From NCBI RefSeq assembly GCF_001997385.1, contig NZ_CP019633.1:1320001-1352000 (forward strand): a DNA stretch of 32,000 nt. The letters run 5' to 3'. The position numbers and the translations under genes were made by a program. The notes under the pieces were generated by a model. It saw only the letters and a program-made list of their open reading frames with translations, ran no database searches and was not told the origin of the DNA. The stretch's first letter is position 1. Each line of letters starts with the position of its first letter. Shown here piece after piece: positions 29,307 to 32,000 of the stretch. Source of the stretch: Sedimentisphaera cyanobacteriorum (GTDB taxonomy: Bacteria > Planctomycetota > Phycisphaerae > Sedimentisphaerales > Sedimentisphaeraceae).

Positions 29307-30265
29307 ATGTTAAAAGATGGTGTTTACGAAAAATCATTAATTTGGTTATGGAAAATCAACTTAAAGCAATTCCACCAAATTCTTTTAAATGCACTCCATT
29401 AGATCCAGCAGACAGCCACAATTTCCTCGCTCAATACCTTTATAGAGTTCTGGCTCAAGGGCTTGCTGAGGTAAAGCCAGAAAAAAAGCTTAGCAAAGAC
29501 GCCGAAAAAAGAGATAGCCGACTCCAAAAACAAATTCGGATTTGCAATGAAATTATCAATTCTCTTGAGCGGAATAATATTGAAGGCTTTGATGAAGCTA
29601 AGATATCTAAAGAAGCAAAAAAACTTCTTTCTATAATGGTATCTGCGTCTGATATGCGCTTTGCTGAACGCCCCGACACCCCTCTTTCTATTGGTGCTTT
29701 ATTGTCAGGAACAAATCAAGACCCTACTTTAATTTCTCAGCTTACAAAAGAAATTGCTACTGCTGACCGTGTTGACATACTCTGTTCGTTTATTAAATGG
29801 AGCGGTATTCGAATATTAGCCCCGGCTCTGCGTATGTTCACTAAAAGAAACGATACCCGCCTGAGAATTATAACAACCAGTTATATGGGAGCTACAGACC
29901 TTAAAGCAGTAAATTTTCTATCCGACTTACCCAGCACAGAAATTAAAGTTAGCTACGATACTCACAGGACAAGATTACACGCAAAGTCTTACCTTATTCA
30001 TAGAGAAACCGGTTTTTCCTCTGCTTACATAGGTTCTGCGAATATTTCTCAAGCAGCTCTAACGGACGGCTTAGAATGGAATATTAAGATCAGCCAATAT
30101 GAACAACCTTATCAATGGGATAAAATTTCGGCTACTTTCGAAACATATTGGAATGATAAAGAGTTTGAAACATACGACCAGCAAGGAGATAGTAAAAGAC
30201 TTGAAAAAGCGCTCATTGAAGAGGCTTCACCTAAAACAGATAATGAATACATAATCCCTTATTTT
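29307..30265 (+). pseudogene. Remnant of a PLD-superfamily nuclease module (N-terminal part of a PLD + helicase type protein), with a frameshift near its 5' end and its 3' end replaced by an IS
   Basis: It carries an HxK PLD motif (THRTRLHAKSYLIHRETGFSSAYIGSANIS) preceded by ADRVDILCSFIKWSGIRIL and RLRIITTSYMGATD. The ORF reads into the IS4 terminal repeat at 30266 and stops at 30289. An upstream ATG at 29307 (MLKDGVYEKSLI) is in another frame. Confidence 0.65.
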
Positions 30266-30280
30266 CACAGCCATCCCATA
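30266..30280. repeat. IS4-family terminal inverted repeat (transposase 3' side)
   Basis: cacagccatcccata is an exact inverted copy of 31763-31777. It extends weakly outward (ttatNNN). Confidence 0.85.
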
Positions 30281-30447
30281 AGTCCATAAATTTATCGTTG
30301 AGGGCTTGTTTATTGTATTAAAACGCCCTTTTCTTGAAGGATTTGAATTACCCCAGTTTGCATTTTTTTTTTGCTTTTGTTCAATTGGCAGTTTTTTGCT
30401 CAATACTGCCCGCTCTCTTTTCACCTCTTTATTTTCGTAAAATCTTG

Positions 30448-31671
30448 CTACATATTAAAACCCGGCAAATAAGCCTGCTGAGGGCTGCCAACCATACGCG
30501 GTGAACCACGTGCTGTCCCACAGGGAGCCATAACGCTAAAAACATCCAGCCGGCTGAATAATACACCCCTCAGTAAAGTAAACAATCGGCTGAATGCTCC
30601 TTTCCACTGACCGAGGAAACCTATATACCTTATTAAAATATAAGCCAGCATAGCCGTCCATACTTGCCATAGAATTGCTTTTTGGCTATGCCCTAGGAAA
30701 TCGCTTAGCTGCAAAGTCTGTTTTATCTGCTTGAAAAACACCTCTATACCCCAGCGGCACTTATATAGGTCGCAAATACTGCTCGGCGCCCACTGCATAT
30801 TGTTCGTGATAAATTTCATAAGCTTTTTCTCGCCGTTAATTTCCACATAAGCCTTAACTAAACGGAGCTTCTTCGGGTATGCCTCGCGGCTTTTCGGCAT
30901 TTCAAGTTCAATTAAAGCATCGTATTGGATATTACCTTTTGGTTCTGTATTCTGTTTAACAAAACGATATTTCATATTATCTTTGGCTCTGGTAACCCAG
31001 AATAATTCTCGCCTGTCAAGATCTGCTAGATGCTTAAAATCCACGTAAGCCTTGTCAAAAACCGCTATTTCGCCGCTTTTAAGGTCCTGACAGAGCTGAT
31101 AAGCTTCTGTCGAATCATGGGTTGAGGCTTCTTTTACAATAGCAAATTGAGGCAGGAACGTCTGGAGATTCAGCTGCATATGGCACTTTGCAGCCGCTTT
31201 TCGTCTGCGATGTTTAGCCCAGTCAATACAGTTGGCTACAAGCTGGATCGTGGTTGAGTCAACCGCATATATTGCTCTCTTAAAACGCCTCGGAAGGCCG
31301 GAATACTTATGGCCTCTCCCAAAATCAAGATGTTTGTTCTGGATATGGGACAGCACCTCCCAGAAGAGAGTCTCTGCCATAAGAGGATCTCGAACCCTGT
31401 TTGCATGAGAAAGCCCATTCCTGCTTGGAGGGGTTGCACGGCGGATAGGAGTCAAAGCTCCAGAATGATTACGCAATGTGTCGGAAACGTCGTTGAGCGA
31501 GAGACTGTGAGCAATCTGGACATGAAGCATAGATACAATGTGCGACCAGCAAGAAAATGTTCGTGATTGCTTGTCAATACCGAAAGACCGAGACAATTTT
31601 GAAACAAGATGTGCAGGAATATGTTGGCATATTTGCTTAAGAATGCTATATTGATGTTTGGCGGGTGTCAT
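30448..31671 (-). CDS. IS4-family DDE transposase (DUF4372-type N-terminus + DDE_Tnp_1 core)
   Basis: Candidate DDE triad contexts are AVDSTTIQL, VFDKAYVDF and YKCRWGIEVFFKQIKQ (Y-x2-R-x3-E-x6-K signature of IS4-family enzymes). The N-terminal ILKQICQHIPAHLVSKLSRSFGIDKQSRTFSCWSH is typical of DUF4372. Confidence 0.9.
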   Translation of the reverse strand: MTPAKHQYSILKQICQHIPAHLVSKLSRSFGIDKQSRTFSCWSHIVSMLHVQIAHSLSLNDVSDTLRNHSGALTPIRRATPPSRNGLSHANRVRDPLMAETLFWEVLSHIQNKHLDFGRGHKYSGLPRRFKRAIYAVDSTTIQLVANCIDWAKHRRRKAAAKCHMQLNLQTFLPQFAIVKEASTHDSTEAYQLCQDLKSGEIAVFDKAYVDFKHLADLDRRELFWVTRAKDNMKYRFVKQNTEPKGNIQYDALIELEMPKSREAYPKKLRLVKAYVEINGEKKLMKFITNNMQWAPSSICDLYKCRWGIEVFFKQIKQTLQLSDFLGHSQKAILWQVWTAMLAYILIRYIGFLGQWKGAFSRLFTLLRGVLFSRLDVFSVMAPCGTARGSPRMVGSPQQAYLPGFNM

Positions 31672-31762
31672 GGGTTACTCCTAATTTGTTTAATTAGACT
31701 GAAAGAATTAGTGTAACTCATACCCCGCTGGTTTTAAAGAAACATCTTGTATTTTGCTCTTC

Positions 31763-31777
31763 TATGGGATGGCTGTG
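31763..31777. repeat. IS4-family terminal inverted repeat (transposase 5' side)
   Basis: tatgggatggctgtg is the exact reverse complement of 30266-30280. Confidence 0.85.
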
Positions 31778-31836
31778 TTTATAATTATAATCAGCAAGTA
31801 AGTTGGAATTGGGGAGGACCCGGTGGCTGGGGGAAA

Positions 31837-31989
31837 ATGCCTAAATGGGCGGCTATTGCAGCAGGCCTTGCTCTATTGGCAAGCCAGGAAGATGTGCAAG
31901 ATATGGCTAAAGGTCTTTGGGAATTTATATTTGACGACGACGCTGATGAATATATGCCACAACAACCTACAATAGGGCCAGCACCATAG
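31837..31989 (+). CDS. Hypothetical small ORF (50 aa), or the C-terminal fragment of a gene truncated by the IS
   Basis: The frame is open from inside the IS end (31747) to 31989, with an internal ATG at 31837 (MPKWAAIAAGLALLASQ...). There is no recognisable family and only a weak RBS. Confidence 0.2.
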   Translation: MPKWAAIAAGLALLASQEDVQDMAKGLWEFIFDDDADEYMPQQPTIGPAP

Positions 31990-32000
31990 TATCATATTGA

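Larger units (their letters stand above)
30266..31777 (-). mobile_element. IS4-family insertion sequence (1512 bp) with perfect 15-bp terminal inverted repeats
   Basis: CACAGCCATCCCATA at 30266-30280 and its exact reverse complement at 31763-31777 bracket a single 407-aa DDE transposase gene. I found no convincing target-site duplication. Confidence 0.8.

Noticed and set aside
30455-30462. TTAAAACC (30455-30462) and its inverted copy GGTTTTAA (31730-31737), considered as candidate IS4 ends.
   Set aside because: Only 8 bp match and there is no similarity on either side. The match is superseded by the perfect 15-bp inverted repeat at 30266-30280 / 31763-31777.

Overview
About 29 kb of this window is an ordinary, tightly packed housekeeping chromosome segment at roughly 50-65% GC. 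Its genes are glnN (type III GS, 5'-truncated by the window), purSL, panC, a folK-dNK fusion, nrdR, dat-like, tatC, tsaD, gyrA, mfd, ligA, ribD, a 2x[4Fe-4S] ferredoxin and a UPF0316 membrane protein. Envelope and secreted proteins are interspersed: an SGNH hydrolase, a beta-helix protein, a CPBP protease and a prepilin-type DUF1559/H-X9-DG protein. That last protein, together with the type III GS, suggests a PVC-group bacterium (Planctomycetota/Phycisphaerae-like), but this is only a guess.

Two apparently intact insertion sequences are present. One is an IS3-family element at 8252-9515, with 38-bp imperfect IRs, a 4-bp TGGA target duplication and an A7 frameshift site. The other is an IS4-family element at 30266-31777 with perfect 15-bp terminal IRs. 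There are two decayed genes: a GHMP sugar kinase with a 1-nt frameshift, and a PLD-nuclease module cut off by the IS4 element.

I found no CRISPR array, tRNA, rRNA or recognisable riboswitch. I do not see an intact novel multi-gene system. The best accessory or defence-like signal is the AT-rich block from about 29.2 kb to the window end. It carries the N-terminal PLD-nuclease part of what looks like a PLD-helicase defence-type protein, and it runs off the window. Other points worth checking are the HPPK-deoxynucleoside-kinase fusion, the repeated operator-like motif in the nrdR promoter, the terminator abutting the ribD RBS, and the unusual GyrA QRDR.
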